DNA from: Octopus vulgaris
Lineage: Eukaryota
DNA: 64,000 nucleotides
Assembly (NCBI GenBank): GCA_951406725.2
Contig: OX597814.1
Coordinates: 212,970,001-213,034,000, forward strand
Reading direction: 5' to 3'
The translations under genes were made by a program, and so were the position numbers. Within the stretch, counting starts at the first letter, position 1. Each line of letters starts with the position of its first letter. The notes beneath the pieces were generated by a model, which had not been told where the DNA came from, searched no databases, and worked only from the letters and a program-made list of their open reading frames with translations. Positions 13,526 to 29,340 of the stretch are shown one piece after another.

Positions 13526-14281
13526 TTATGCACCAAATATAACTGCGCATTATGTGATAGAGAAAAATGCCGAAGGAGATCGGCATGTAAAGTACTTTAA
13601 CAGCGTAATATATTTTATGAACATTGTTGCTTTGAAGCCTTAGAAATATATTTTATATTGAGTTTTGTATAAAATATAAGATAAGGCATTCCAAAATATT
13701 GATAGATTGAAATGCATTTTTATATTACCTTTATACAATTGTGTTCCTTGCTTGTCTTCACTAATCCATTACAGAAGCTTTTAAAATTCAATTTTAAAAC
13801 ATCCTGTCTTCATATTATATAAATATCAATTACATACAGTATAGGAATACACCAGATATTTGTTTTATATATTTCAATAATATACTAATGGATATTATAT
13901 TTGTGTGTATGAGTGTGTATTGAATTGAGTGGTAGATTGTAAATGCATGTTTTACACTAGTGTATATATATGTTTGTGTATGTGTGTGTGTGCATGTGGT
14001 TTTAGATAGATTAATCAACGCAGTAAATTCTGCGTATCCTTTCGTGTTGATGCAGCCATTTGTGACTTCAAATCCGAAAAATACACTTTCAAGTTTATAT
14101 ATTCAGCATCCTGAAATAAAATTCAAGGTTGTAGTAGAATATAATTGCTCATGATGTGACCGCGTGGTATTTTGAACAAACGTTTTCTCCTGCAGCCTGG
14201 GAGGCGACCAAAGCTTTGCGAGTGGATTTGGTGGGAGGAAGCTGAAAGCATTACCGGTTCGCTCGTTGAGTATCAATATAT

Positions 14282-14679
14282 TAGTGGATGCGCAATGGCT
14301 CAGTGGTTAGGGCAGCGGACTCGCGGTCATAGGATCGCGGTTTCGATTCTCAGACCGGGCGTTGTGTGTGTTTATTGAGCGAAAACACCTAAAAGCTCCA
14401 CGAGGCTCCGGCGGGGGATGGTGGTGATCCCTGCTGTACTCTTTCACCACAACTTTCTCTCACTCTTAGTTCCTGTTTCTGTTGTACCTGTTATTCAAAG
14501 GGCCGGCCTTGTAACTCTCTGTGTCACGCTGAATATCCCCGAGAACTACGTTAAGGGTACACGTGTCTGTGGAGTGCTCAGCCACTTACACGTTAATTTC
14601 ACGAGGAGGCTGTTCCGTTGATTCGGATCAACCGGAATCCTCGTCGTCGGAACCGACGGAGTGCTTCCCCATTCCATCC
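14282..14679 (+). mobile_element. tRNA-derived SINE family C with 10-bp TSD
   Basis: A box tggctcagtgg, B box ggtttcgattc. TSD atcaatatat at 14272-14281 and 14680-14689. Confidence 0.9.
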
Positions 14680-14707
14680 ATCAATATATGTTAAGTTAGT
14701 TTTCCTC

Positions 14708-14826
<119 letters not shown>

Positions 14827-15255
14827 CAGCAGCAGCTGCTGCCGCTGCTGCTTCTGTTTTTGTTGTGCAGTCTCTTGATTTGTTCGGGCTGTAAAAATGT
14901 ATTTTCCTTTCCAGTTTCTGTTTCTTGTTTATACGTTCATTAATATAATTTTTACAACTTGTTTACTTTAGCTGGTGGTTCTTTCGTTTTATTTTCTTTA
15001 TTTATGCCGAGAGGTGGATCCGAGAAAAGTGGAAGACGTATTTTGCATTAGATTTAAGCGGCAGAATAAAATTAAAATATGTTAGGAAATCGATACTAAG
15101 GTCTGGTCCAAGTAGATATGAATATTCCAAAGTGCTCGTTAAGTGTTCACGACTAATGTATAAATCAAAATTTAATTTACTTTTTTACGCTTCCACATGT
15201 AAAGCTCCGTGAAAAGATTGGGGAAGATTTGATGTAAACGATTAAAATATTTTCA

Positions 15256-15580
15256 AAATTTGACACAAGACAACCACTTTTGGGGATGAGGGACAGTCGA
15301 TTGTATAACTGTTATTTATTTATCGACCTCCGAAAGGACGGCAGGCAAGGTCAACCTCGACGAAATTTGAACTCAGAAGGTAACCACTGACGAAATACCT
15401 ATTTCTTTACTACCCACAAGGGGCTAAACACAGAGGGGACAAACAAGTACTTAATTTATCGACCCCGAAAGGATGAAAGGCAAAGTCGACCTCGGCGGAA
15501 TTTGAACTCACAACGTAACGCAGACAAAATACCGCCAATCATTTTGCCCGGTGTACTAGCGAGTCTGCCTGCTCGCCACC
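15256..15580 (-). mobile_element. Two SINE family B copies (one old, one internally deleted)
   Basis: tatcgaccccgaaaggatgaaaggcaaagtcgacctcggcggaatttgaactca occurs twice; the tail tttctttactacccacaaggggctaaacac is at ~15400. Confidence 0.8.
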
Positions 15581-16077
15581 TTAATGATGGTAATTATAAT
15601 AAAAAATGAAAATAAGAAATATTAATGATATATTCATAGCAACAAGAAGGTGTAGACGAATACATCGATCCCAGGATGTATCATTTAACATCTTATATTT
15701 ATCCCATCCGCCTCTTTAGCCGAACTACCACATTAAAAAACAAACCCAAACCGATTGTCTAATGGTGGTGGGTTACAAAGAAAAACATAAAGACAAACAA
15801 GTTTAGATATCTATACATATAAAAATACGACAGATGTCTCTCAGTGTCCGCACGCCAAATTCACTTACAACGCAAAAGTCACCACAAGGCTGTTTTAAAA
15901 GACAATTCGTAATATACCACGTAGGGGACTCAACCCACAACCATCGTTTACGAAATGGACTTCTTACAATACAGCCGCGCCTATGCATTTTACACTTTAC
16001 ACAAAGCAAACAATTTCAAGGCATGGGAGCAGTCTACAACAGCTACGGTACGTAATAATATCGATCTTGCTAATACA

Positions 16078-16795
<718 letters not shown>

Positions 16796-16889
16796 GTAAT
16801 AATATTAATAATAATAATAATAATAATGATAATAATAATAATAAAAATAAAAATAATAATAGTAAAGTAATATTAATCATAATTTAAGA

Positions 16890-18195
16890 AACATGTACCT
16901 GGGGACTTTAGAAATGGATAAATTGGTGGAGAAAGAAATGACAGAAAAATTTAAAGTGGTGTACTTGCGCAGATTGAGATTGAACCTTATGTCGAAATTA
17001 AACGGACGGAATAAGGTCGAAACTAACAACACCTGGGCGGTTTCACGCCTTAGATATGGAGCAGAGGTAAATAAATGGACAGTAGACGAACTAAACATTT
17101 TAGACAGAAAGACAAGTGGCTGACTAGATGTGGGATACTCCACCCAAAAAGTGACACAGACGGACTGCATGTACCAAGAAAAAGAAGGGGAAGAGGACTG
17201 ATTGGATGCGAACACAACATTAGCGCAAGAGAAAACAAAATAGAACGGTATATAAAAATGCCACAGAACTGCTATTATTAGAAGTACGAATGTCAGGCTT
17301 GTGTAGAATGAAAGATTGCAAAGATAAAGCACTATACAAGAAATTGAAAACGAATGAAAGTGAAAATAGGTTGGTAAAGAATAGAATGCATGGCCAATTT
17401 CATAGAGACAGAAAAAAGGATGGCTGTGGATAACTAAAAGTGATTTAAAATCGGAAATGGAGGCTCTAATATGTGCTGCCCAAGATCAAGCACTAAGTAC
17501 AAACTATATAAAATACACAGTAGACTACACACCAGAAAGTGATAAGTGCAGAATCTGTGGACAAAATGGTAAAAACGTATGGCATATTACTAGCAAATGT
17601 ACGCGACTATCACAGAAGGAATGTAAGAGACACCTCGACAATATAGCAAGGCTTGTCCATTGGACACTCTGCAACAAGTATGACTTGAGAGAGAAAAATT
17701 TGGTACGACTACAAGCCTGATGACATCGCCGTAAATGGAAATGCAAAGATCCTATGGGATTTTATGATTCAGTGCGACCATGAGATAAATAGGAAGCCGG
17801 ACATAGTCTTAATTGAAAAAGAAAAGAAACTATGCTGGATCATAGATATAGCATGCCCAGCTGACAAAAAAGGTATGCGATAAGAAAGAAAGAAAAGTTG
17901 AGAGATATGACAGGTTAGATTGGGAAGTTAAGCAGTTGAGGTCGATGAAGAAGCTAGCAGTTTTACCAATAATTGTCGGAGCCCTGGGAACAGTGAGAAA
18001 AAATCTCGAGAAGTACGTGGAAGAAATACGGGATGCAGTACGGGTGGAGCACTTGCAGAAAACAGCACTGCTTGGAACCGCTCGAATACTCAGGAAGGTG
18101 CTTGAACAATAAGAGGTGTTACCTTAGTTCACTGGCAGTGAACAGCTGACACTCTAGTACATCTCCAGCATTAGAAGCTGTGCAAAGGCAATGAT
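16890..18195 (+). mobile_element. R4/Dong-like LINE, 5'-truncated (thumb, CCHC, RLE, 3' UTR)
   Basis: YLRRLRL..SKLNGRNK, LHVPRKRRGRGLIG, MHGQF, AAQDQALSTNY, CRICG..HITSKC, WDFMIQCD..RKPDIVLI..IIDIACP, IVGALG, LQKTALLGTARILRKVL*. Preceded by (TAA)n, followed by (TAG)/(GAA)n. Confidence 0.92.
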
Positions 18196-18248
18196 AGCAG
18201 TAGTAGTAATAAGAAGAAGAAGGAGAAGAAGGAGAAGAAGAAGAAGAA

Positions 18249-18335
<87 letters not shown>

Positions 18336-18339
18336 AAGC

Positions 18340-18660
18340 GGAAAAAACTCTCAAAGTACAAAGACCTTAAATAGAGATAACCTGAATGTGGAGCCTAAAA
18401 TAATATGTGCATTATGTATGATTAAAAAAGCATTGAAACAAATACGTAACCAAAACACCTGGACTTGCAAATGTATAAAACATACAGAAAATAGCACTAC
18501 TAGGTACCGTGCATATTGTACGTAAAGTACTTCCAATACAGTGTAACTAAGAGCACGAAATGAAACCATAGCGAAATGAAACCAAGATACAGAAGGCTTC
18601 GCTCGGTACTACAATGGAAGCTTATGATAGAAATAAGATAATGATAATAAAATAATAAAC
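18340..18660 (+). mobile_element. R4/Dong-like RLE C-terminus and 3' UTR
   Basis: EKLSKYKDL..MWSLK..IQKIALLGTVHIVRKVL; same subfamily as 78-250. Confidence 0.75.
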
Positions 18661-18717
18661 AACAGCTACTACTAATACAACCACTACAACTATTACCTCT
18701 ACTACTAATACTACCAA

Positions 18718-18749
<32 letters not shown>

Positions 18750-18924
18750 AAACATGATGATAATAATCATGATGATCATGTTCATAATCACGTTGATATT
18801 CGTTATGATGATGATCATGTTGACGATGATAATCATACGAAAGAGGAAAATAATGCTTCTGCTATCCTGTTTGTGTATGCATATTTGTGCGTGCAATTTT
18901 GCCTGCATGTTTCTGTTAGTTAGA

Positions 18925-18971
<47 letters not shown>

Positions 18972-19550
18972 CATGTTTTTGAGTGCCTTCGTGAAAATCT
19001 TTTCCGGAAGAGCATTGTAAATATGTTTTACAACAAATGTTTCGTATTTACCATTCTTCTTTTTTTTTTTTCCAGTTTTTTTTGGGGCATGGGGATGTCG
19101 GGTCGTTAAGTCTTGCGCTCTTTAGCGAACTTCTACACTGTTGGAATTCCGCTTTGATTATAATGATATCGGTGATTTGTACATTGTACTAAAAAGCCAA
19201 ACGTGTTGCATTTCTTGCCAATTTATATTCACATTGTAATCTCGTAAATAAATGCACAAATGCATATTAATGCAATGATCTGAATGCAATTATACAAACA
19301 TGGATCAGAATCTCAGAAAAGGTGAGGAAGTATGTAGGTAGGTAGGTAGGTATATACACATCGTAAAATAAATTGAACCATGGAGTTAATGGATATACAT
19401 CATGACTTGCTGAAAAAATTCATCCCAATATACAGTTAAAATATTGAACTTCCTGATATTTTCGTAAGAAAATTCTGAAAATTCGAACTAAAAATATGTT
19501 GTCAGATATTAGCAACCTTTATTCCTCTGGCACCAAAGTAAATCTTCTCC

Positions 19551-19604
<54 letters not shown>

Positions 19605-19653
19605 CTCTCTACCTCTCTCTTTCTGACTACGTATATTATACATATATAATTGC

Positions 19654-19689
<36 letters not shown>

Positions 19690-19693
19690 GACT

Positions 19694-19726
<33 letters not shown>

Positions 19727-19839
19727 ATATATATATGCAGGTACGTGAATATTCGAATCTACATACGTTATTTAACATGCATATCTATCTATCTGTATAT
19801 ATATATATATATATATTATATATGTATGATATACATATA

Positions 19840-20370
19840 CATACACATACATACATACAAACATTCATACATACATACATACATACATACATACAAACAT
19901 TCATACATACATGCATACATAAATACATACAAACATTCATACATACATTCTTACAGAATTACATACATACATAAATACATACAAACATTCATACATACAT
20001 ACATACATAAATACATACAAACATTCATACATACATTCTTACAGAATTACATACATACATAAATACATACAAACATTCATACATACATACATACATAAAT
20101 ACATACAAACATTCATACATACATTCTTACAGAATACATACATACATAAATACATACAAACATTCATACATACATACATACATAAATACATACAAACATT
20201 CATACATACATTCTTACAGAATTACATACATACATAAATACATACAAACATTCATACATACATACATACATACATACATACATAAATACATACATACATA
20301 CATACATACATACATACATACATACATACATACATACATACATACATACATACATACATACATACATGTA
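19840..20370. repeat. (TACA)n-based compound minisatellite
   Basis: The higher-order unit containing aaacattcatacatacattcttacagaattac recurs four times. Confidence 0.95.
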
Positions 20371-21224
20371 GACACCCATAGACATACGAGCTTGCATATA
20401 TACATACTTTATAGGCTTCAGAGAAAATTCAGAAAAATAAACAATACTTGTTTTCCATTAGTTTTTTTGGGGTTTTTTTGGGTTTTATAGTTTTTGATGT
20501 TTTTCTATGCATGTCTTTTGAATATTTCTTTGAATGAGTGAAAACCGACAAACGCATATTCATAAAGACAAATATCTATCTATAAGATTTTAATGATCAA
20601 TGAAATATGCAATATACAAATTTACATATAATTTGCATACCTTTAATGACATAGGTATGGTTTATAGATTATGCTGTGAAAAGAAATAATATACCAGTGG
20701 ATTGTAAGAAAAGGAAACCTTTAATATCGCACAAAATTAATTCAGTAGCATGTAACTTAAAACCGTGTCGGCCAAACGGGGATTATTATTAATATACACG
20801 TATTCTGTTCACTACTGTCATATTAATACTGTTCTCTTATATTATTCATTATGTATAATTATCTTGCGATGTGCGCTATCTTTACAAATTGAGATATCTC
20901 AAACTGAATATATGACTCAAGTATTAGAAATAATATATATTTTTCAAGAAAAATACATACAGAATATGATTGTGTACTTATGAATATTCTATTAGGAAAA
21001 TGAGATGGACGTAATTGTGTGACATGTTTTTTTTTTTAAAGTAAATGTAATTTCTCTGAGCTGGAAGACACGCACTGGCAACTTATTTGATTCTATGTGA
21101 TGTTAGTTAAAGTGTTATTACAAAATCCCGGTGTGTTTCCTACATTAACTTTTGAAATAATCATATGGAGATAAACAATAATTCATTTCTACATTTTATC
21201 TTTTTTTAATTTTGTATTTTAATA

Positions 21225-21615
21225 CCTTTTATCTTTTACTTGTTTCAACCATTTAACTTCGGTCATGCCGTGGCACCGCCTTCAAAGGATTTTTAGTGGA
21301 AGAAATCCACCCCATGACTTATTTTTGTAAACCCTGGTACTTATTAGCAACGGTAGGAGACAAACACAGACACAAAGACACACACACACACGAACATACA
21401 CACACACACACACAAACACACACACGCACATATATACAACAGGTTTCTTTTAGTTCGCGTTTACCAATCCATTACCAAGGACTTGGTCGACCCGAGGCTA
21501 TCGTAAAAGAAACCTAACCAAGGTGCCACACATGGGACTGATACCGGAACGGTGTGGCTAGGAAGCAAGCTTCTTATCACACAGTCACGCCTACGTCAGT
21601 GGCCACACCTGCGCC
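21225..21615 (-). mobile_element. SINE family A, diverged
   Basis: Recognisable tail (ttttacttgtttca..ggtcatgccgtggcaccgcc) and head (ggtcgacccgaggctat..aaggtgccac..cacacctgcgcc). Confidence 0.75.
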
Positions 21616-22179
21616 TCTATATATCTGTGGATTTCAACAAGGGAATGGGAATTAACGAGAAATATAGCTACTAAATTTACCGTACAGAGCAGTAGCTGCT
21701 CATATATGCATACATACATAGTTATATGCATAAATATATACAATTCAATTGTTAACTGTTCTTGCTGGCCAGTAGATTCATAACCAAAACCAATGTGTTG
21801 TTGACAATAATATCGTTCATGTTTTTATGTATATAACACCAAATTCTATGTATGAAGCAGTCGAGATAGTCACAATGTAAGGGATTGTCTCATTTGAACA
21901 GCTGTTAAAGATATTCCAGGTGATAGGAAGGAACTCATGTGAAGATCAAAGACGGACAAAGAGAAACACATAGCTTTAAATTCTGTATTTGCATGCATAG
22001 AATAAGCAGGTATGAATGTATACATTCTTTGTATCAAAAGCTTCTATATATGAAAACTCATATATTCTATTCACATTTTGAATTACAATTTAAATATGAA
22101 TAAAATACAAAAATTATCAAATCAACAAGAGAATAAAATTTTCGTCTATCTTATAAAAAATTCATATGGGATATTATTT

Positions 22180-22368
22180 GTTTCGAATTTTGAAGCAAGC
22201 CAGCAATTTAGCGGGAGGGTCGATTACAGCAGTTCAAGTTCTATACTGGTACTTATTGAATCGACTCCGAAGAGACGAAAGGCAAAGTCAGCCACGTCGG
22301 AATTTGAACTTAGAATATACAGACGAACGAAATGCTACGAAGCATTTTATTCTGCTATATCGCCGCCT
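22180..22368 (-). mobile_element. SINE family B, diverged
   Basis: ctggtactta..atcgactccgaagagacgaaaggcaaagtc..gtcggaatttgaactt. Confidence 0.7.
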
Positions 22369-22926
22369 TCATATCAAATAATATTTAATATGTCAAAAAA
22401 TATATTATGGCTGCTAGAACATAAGTGATAAGTATTAATATGCTGACATAACGATACATTTCGAAAGCTCGATCCGAATCATTTAACTCCATATTAAACG
22501 TTAATACTTCTTTAGAAATGTATGAAAACTATTAGAATCAGTTTTTTTCCCTTATGTCAAAAGTCACATGTTACGATTCAAGTAATTCAAATATGATTTT
22601 TCAATTCATATCAAGCAACGGATTACGGTTTGTATAAACGCTAGTTTTCCTAAATGTTTTAAAAAAGTAATGCTTTAAATGAATTTTACTTATATTAATT
22701 TTCCTTAATTATGCATGTTAATTGGGTAATTATAGAATTAATTATGGTTATTACGAATAATGCAGATTCTGAAAGTAATTTAAACGCGTCCACTCTTCAC
22801 TACACTTGATACATCAGTTATATTTTATACATCATTTTTTAAAGATTCCATCTTCTGTCTTATATATGTGTATATATATATATGCTGACACACACACACA
22901 CACACATATATATATATGCATATATG

Positions 22927-22982
<56 letters not shown>

Positions 22983-23049
22983 ATATATATATATGCATAT
23001 ATACATACGTATATGTATATACATACATTTAAACGTATATATATATACT

Positions 23050-23710
23050 CATATTTGGGCAGAGGACGTCACGAAACATGTACAACAAAAAAAACGAAGT
23101 ACCAGTACTTGGAATGTGAACTGTTTTTTCAAACAACGAAAGGCACACATGGAAAACAAGACAAAAAACACAAAAAACGACCCTTCGTCATTTGTTGGCT
23201 GTTTTTCTACTCTCGTATTTCGAGTATTTAACAATAAGATATGCTTTCGATAAAACAGTTGCTCCCACAAAGCAAATTAAATAAAATTTGGGATTTTGCA
23301 GACGGTCAACATTGGTAGCACAAACAGGACAGTAAAAACAAACAGGAAGGACTGCTAAGCCTAAACGATGCTGTGGTGACGAACGCGTAAATCAAGCTTG
23401 GACGTGAGACAGACATGAGCACGTGTTCCTTGAACCAGCTACACCGGAGGGAAAAACAGAAAGACAAGTTAGGAAGAAAAGGATGGCCGATGGTCACGTG
23501 GGAGACACATGAGCAAGGGAGGGAGAGCGAGGGAGACAGAATGACAGAGAAAGAACTGTGAAGGTGAGAGGAAAAAATTGGAGGTAGTATAAGTGAGAAA
23601 ATACAGGATGGGAGAAGGGGAGAAAGAAAGAGAGAGAAATGAAAGAGTAATAGGATAGAATAATAGAAGCGAAGGTAAAAGAATGAGAGAAAGTAAGAAA
23701 AACGAAAGAG
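23050..23710. mobile_element. Unclassified interspersed repeat between (TA)n arrays (PLE-LTR-like)
   Basis: Its terminus catatttgggcagaggacgtca.. recurs diverged on the minus strand at 34513-34602. It holds a degenerate hammerhead-like fold at 23199-23258 (-). Confidence 0.45.
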
Positions 23711-23753
23711 TAATATATATATATATATTTGTTATATATATATATATATATAT

Positions 23754-23893
23754 AATCGAAAACAACAGTTCAGTGTGACTGGAGTCAATGACCTTTTGTT
23801 GTAATATCAAAATAAGAATCAAATATATAAATCTGCATGAAAGTTAATGAGAAAAATTATATATCTAAATGGAGAATGTAGACTAAACTAGAA

Positions 23894-23978
<85 letters not shown>

Positions 23979-24123
23979 TTAGATTCTAGTTTAGTCTACA
24001 TTCTCCATTTAGATATATAATTTTTCTCATTAACTTTCATGCAGATTTATATATTTGATTCTTATTTTGATATTACAACAAAAGGTCATTGACTCCAGTC
24101 ACACTGAACTGTTGTTTTCGATT
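23754..24123. repeat. Perfect 147-bp inverted repeat centred on (TA)n
   Basis: 23754-23900 is the exact reverse complement of 23977-24123; the spacer is (TA)n. Confidence 0.95.
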
Positions 24124-24577
24124 TATAAATATTGAATCCCTAGTACAAACACACTGGCCACTTGGCTTGGACAACGTTATGAACCTGTTTGGTATATAAA
24201 TAGTATACTAGCACACGAGTATGTAAGCTGATTAAAGACTTCCGATTAGTGATCTAAATCCATATCGTCTAAATTTTAAACTATATTGGGATAAAATGCT
24301 TGATTTATGTCGTTTAAGCGAGTTATAAATTCTGATATCTACATCAATAAATGTCAACACTTTTATTTCCTCGTTGAATAGAAATCAATATTTCAGAAAA
24401 ACTGCAGCTAGTCTTTTCATTAGATATTTACGCTTCATTTTGAGCAATCGATTATGTCTGTAGTGTCAATCTATCTTAAGCATTCTATGCTGCTGTTCTC
24501 GAAGGAAACTATAAATTTAAGAAATCTAGGATATTATAACGTCCTATCATATATGTACATATATATATGTGTGTATA

Positions 24578-24616
<39 letters not shown>

Positions 24617-24657
24617 TGTATATATATATGTATATATGTATGTATATATATATATAC

Positions 24658-24689
<32 letters not shown>

Positions 24690-24779
24690 AAAGGAGAGAT
24701 GTACTTACATATCTACACATACATATAGATCTATATACAGATAAACATATGCATATATATGTGTGTATATATATATATA

Positions 24780-25447
24780 TACATACATACGTACGTACAT
24801 ACATATATACATACGTACGTACATACATACAACCATACGTATATAACTACATACGTACATACATACATACATACATACATACATACATACATACATACAT
24901 ACAAGTATATCCCATGTTACCTAAAATTGATTTCTAATCAGACAAAATCATACATACGTACGTACATACATATATACACACGTACGTACATACAAATATA
25001 CGTATATAACTACATACGTACATACATACATACATACATACATACATACATACATACAAGTATATCCCATGTTACCTAAAATTGATTTCTAATCAGACAA
25101 AATCATACATACGTACGTACATACATATATACACACGTACGTACATACATACAAATATACGTATATAACTACATACGTACATACATACATACATACATAC
25201 ATACATACATACATACATACATACAAGTATATCCCATGTTACCTAAAATTGATTTCTAATCAGACAAAATCACACATACGTACGTACATACATATATACA
25301 CACGTACGTACATACATACAAACATACGTATATAACTACATACGTAAATACATACATACATACATACATACATACATACATACATACATACATACATACA
25401 AGTGTATCCCATGTTACCTAAAATTGATTTCTAATCAGACAAAATCA
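24780..25447. repeat. Minisatellite, 4 units of 155-175 bp
   Basis: 48-bp core aagtatatcccatgttacctaaaattgatttctaatcagacaaaatca at 24903, 25058, 25225 and 25400, separated by variable TACA/TACG tracts. Confidence 0.95.
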
Positions 25448-25839
25448 AATTTGTAGAAAAAAAAAAATTTGTAAAATACGAATAATTGTAAGCATTTTGA
25501 GATATACCGATAATACGGCTTTTAGTAATATTTCGATAAATTTCCTGTTGCATGGACCGCTTTCAACACAGAAAAGAAGTTCAGAATATAACGATATTCC
25601 TTGGTGTGCAAGAATCAGCAACATATGAACCATAAGCACAGTGGAATTAATGACAGCCTGACGTACTTCACATCTCGCTATAAAATATTGGAAAAAAGTT
25701 TTATAAAAATAGGTGGAAAAAAAATCGACGGAAGAAGACAGTAGACAGTTCGTAGTAACAAAGCCGATACTTTTCATCACTATACTTACATAAATACATA
25801 CATATATATACATACATTTATACACACACTCACACACAC

Positions 25840-25900
<61 letters not shown>

Positions 25901-25954
25901 TGTGTATGTATGTATGTATGTATATATATATATAAAATAAGCATACATATCAAT

Positions 25955-25986
<32 letters not shown>

Positions 25987-26096
25987 ATTCATACACACAT
26001 ATACATACATATATACATACATATGTATGTATATATATGCATATCTATATCTATCCCTCTCTCTCTCTCACTCTCTCTCTCTCTCTCTCTCTCTCT

Positions 26097-26538
<442 letters not shown>

Positions 26539-26561
26539 ACAGACACACACACACACACAGC

Positions 26562-26717
<156 letters not shown>

Positions 26718-26749
26718 ATAAAATATGTGACAATAATATGGTTGCCATA

Positions 26750-26808
26750 ATAAAATTCCGAGTTTCTGATGTCGGGGCGGAAATCTGCTCCGAGATCTCG
26801 TCAGTTAT
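26750..26808 (-). ncRNA. Degenerate type I hammerhead motif within a foldback element (26715-26886)
   Basis: ataa CTGACGA gat..atc a GAAA ctcggaa TT ttat; homologue at 47732-47790. Confidence 0.55.
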
Positions 26809-26949
26809 TAAGACAAACAAAAAGATAATATTTTGTTTGTTTTAATAAATAACGAGATACCGGAGCAGATTTCCGCCCCAGCATCCACATTCAGGTGATT
26901 AGGCTATTTTAGTCCATCTGATTTGGGATCGAATGGAAGATCATGAAAC

Positions 26950-28150
26950 GGAGAGTATCGCTTGAAAATCTCAAAGCTGACCCGTAGCTTTGCTTCTCAG
27001 CACGAGGTTAATGCATTGCTCTTTGCTACTATTCTTGAGCAAGTACTGTCTTAGAGATACTGTACGACATTCGAAAGCTGCACACCGGGATCTGAAGACT
27101 ACTTCATATATCTATTTCTAGATAATAAAGCTCTAGATATAATTGTTGTCACTTGATATCAGGATCGTGTGTGACTCAGTATCTCTAGAGTGAATATCCT
27201 CTACAGAGCATTCATAGATCGCAAACTAGTGTATTAGGCGACTATGTATGTGGAACGGAGTCGAAATATTTCTATAATCTAATCGTGTTGTTGCAAGGTT
27301 TACGTAGCGTTCTCTTAGTTTGGTGAGCAGAACTTTGTCATTTAGCACTCTTCCACACGACCTTTTTTCCACTTGCATACTCATCAGTCAATATATGGTC
27401 GGGCTTATGTAAAGCTTGTACTTGATGTTGAAGCAAACAGTGAGATTATGGTTTCGAGCCAAATCGCTGATCCTGTCCTTGGCTACACGTTTCGCCCATG
27501 CTCTAGCAATCCATTTTGATTTGTCAATATGGATTTCCATAGTTCTTATGAATATATATGAATATATATATTCTTATGAATATATATATTAATAGTTTTC
27601 TGTAGAAAGGCAGTATTAATATCCATCTATTACGTATCTTTCAGTGCCTTACAATTATTTAGTTTGCCTACCGATGTGGTGAAAGACCCAGAGGCGATTA
27701 TATGTTTTACTGTCGATGTTAGCACAGTATTCTCTCTTAAATTTATTTGGCGAAATCCTTTCTTCATTCCAAATCTAAGAGCAGAATAATTGGCGATCTT
27801 CCAGACGAGGAAACTGTCTTAATAGTACATTTTTTTCTTCTTCTCTGGTATAATACCTATAGACAGGAAGCGAGTTTGTGATTTACACTGTGTCGCTGAA
27901 AAATCTCTCTACGATATCGTTTTTCGGTCACCGTTATGAGTTCGTACATTAAAGCAATCAGTTTTCCCTGGTTGCTTCTGTTTGATAATAATGTCCTCGC
28001 GTGGAGTGCAAGTTTCTCTTTGTTAGGCTATATAGCTATAGTAGTTGTACATAGGAAAGTGTTAATTGTCTAGTAACTAATATCACTTGATTCCCTGTCA
28101 GCTCCATGAACGTCATTGATAATATTCAAGATTAAAGCGGGTGATGTGTT
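26950..28150 (-). mobile_element. Very decayed R2/R4-type RT
   Basis: Minus strand contains TVCFNIKYKLY (PITCL..YK equivalent) and LDYR..FDSVPHT (IDY.KAFDSVPH). Boundaries are approximate. Confidence 0.5.
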
Positions 28151-29269
28151 CTTTTATAACGGTAAAAATCGCCTGTTGCTGGACGGCAGCTTACAAAATC
28201 TGATAACAAAAATATTTATGAACTGATTTCAAAATCTTTTAAGACGTGTGTATTCCACAGTGGTCTTTATCGAATCGGTCACATGTTGAGATAAACAAGA
28301 GTTTAGTTATGTTGGCAGATGTATAGATGTACTTATGTATGAATATATAGAGTGATGTTATACGTATATATTTTACCATTGTGTAATGAAGGAGAATTTG
28401 AAAGTCAATAAATAATCAGTTTTTTTAAGAGAAATTGATGCGAAATATTTATAATTCTCAAGATTCACAGGGGAGGGTTTTTTTTATATACTAAGTAAAG
28501 TTTGTAGAAAATGTGTGATATACACATTAAATCCTTGTTTCCAATATCAGCAATACACAACAAATGCAATAAAATATATAAATACTTGACAGAATATCAG
28601 GTCACTGAGTGTCAGCGGGGGCAGATATCAAAAGAGCGTTAAATGGTAACGGGTATAGATATGTGTGTGTGTGTGTGTGCCTCTGTGTGTATATATGTTT
28701 ACACACACGCATGCACGCACGCACACACACACATACATAAACACATATATACATACATACATCTATACATACATGCATACATACATACACACACATACAT
28801 ACATACATACATACATACATAAATACATACATACATACATACATACATACATACATACATACATACATACATACATACATTCATACATACATACATACAT
28901 ACATTCATACATTCATATATTGATACATACATTCATACATACATACATTCATACATACATACATACATACATACATACATACATACATACATACATACAT
29001 ACGTACATACATACGTACATACGTACATACATGAGTAGGTACATACATGCACAACAAGGTGGAAAAAATAGTACCCGAATAGGGAAGGTAGAGTAATATG
29101 CTAATTTCTTTTATAAAACTGATCTTGCTTGATATTACTATGAAGCTGCTCTTAAATCGGGTGAAACTTTACGGATGTCCCTCGGTCTTTGTCACAGATC
29201 ACATACTATTTCCTGAACATTATTTTTTTAACTTGTTCTTCACATAGCTTGATTAATTTGTCACGATTC

Positions 29270-29340
<71 letters not shown>

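Noticed and set aside
14283-14360. tRNA gene
   Set aside because: A/B boxes continue into a SINE body with a TSD; no complete acceptor stem or oligo-T terminator.
24903-25447. CRISPR-like repeat-spacer pattern
   Set aside because: Spacers are homologous SSR tracts, the context is eukaryotic and there are no cas genes.
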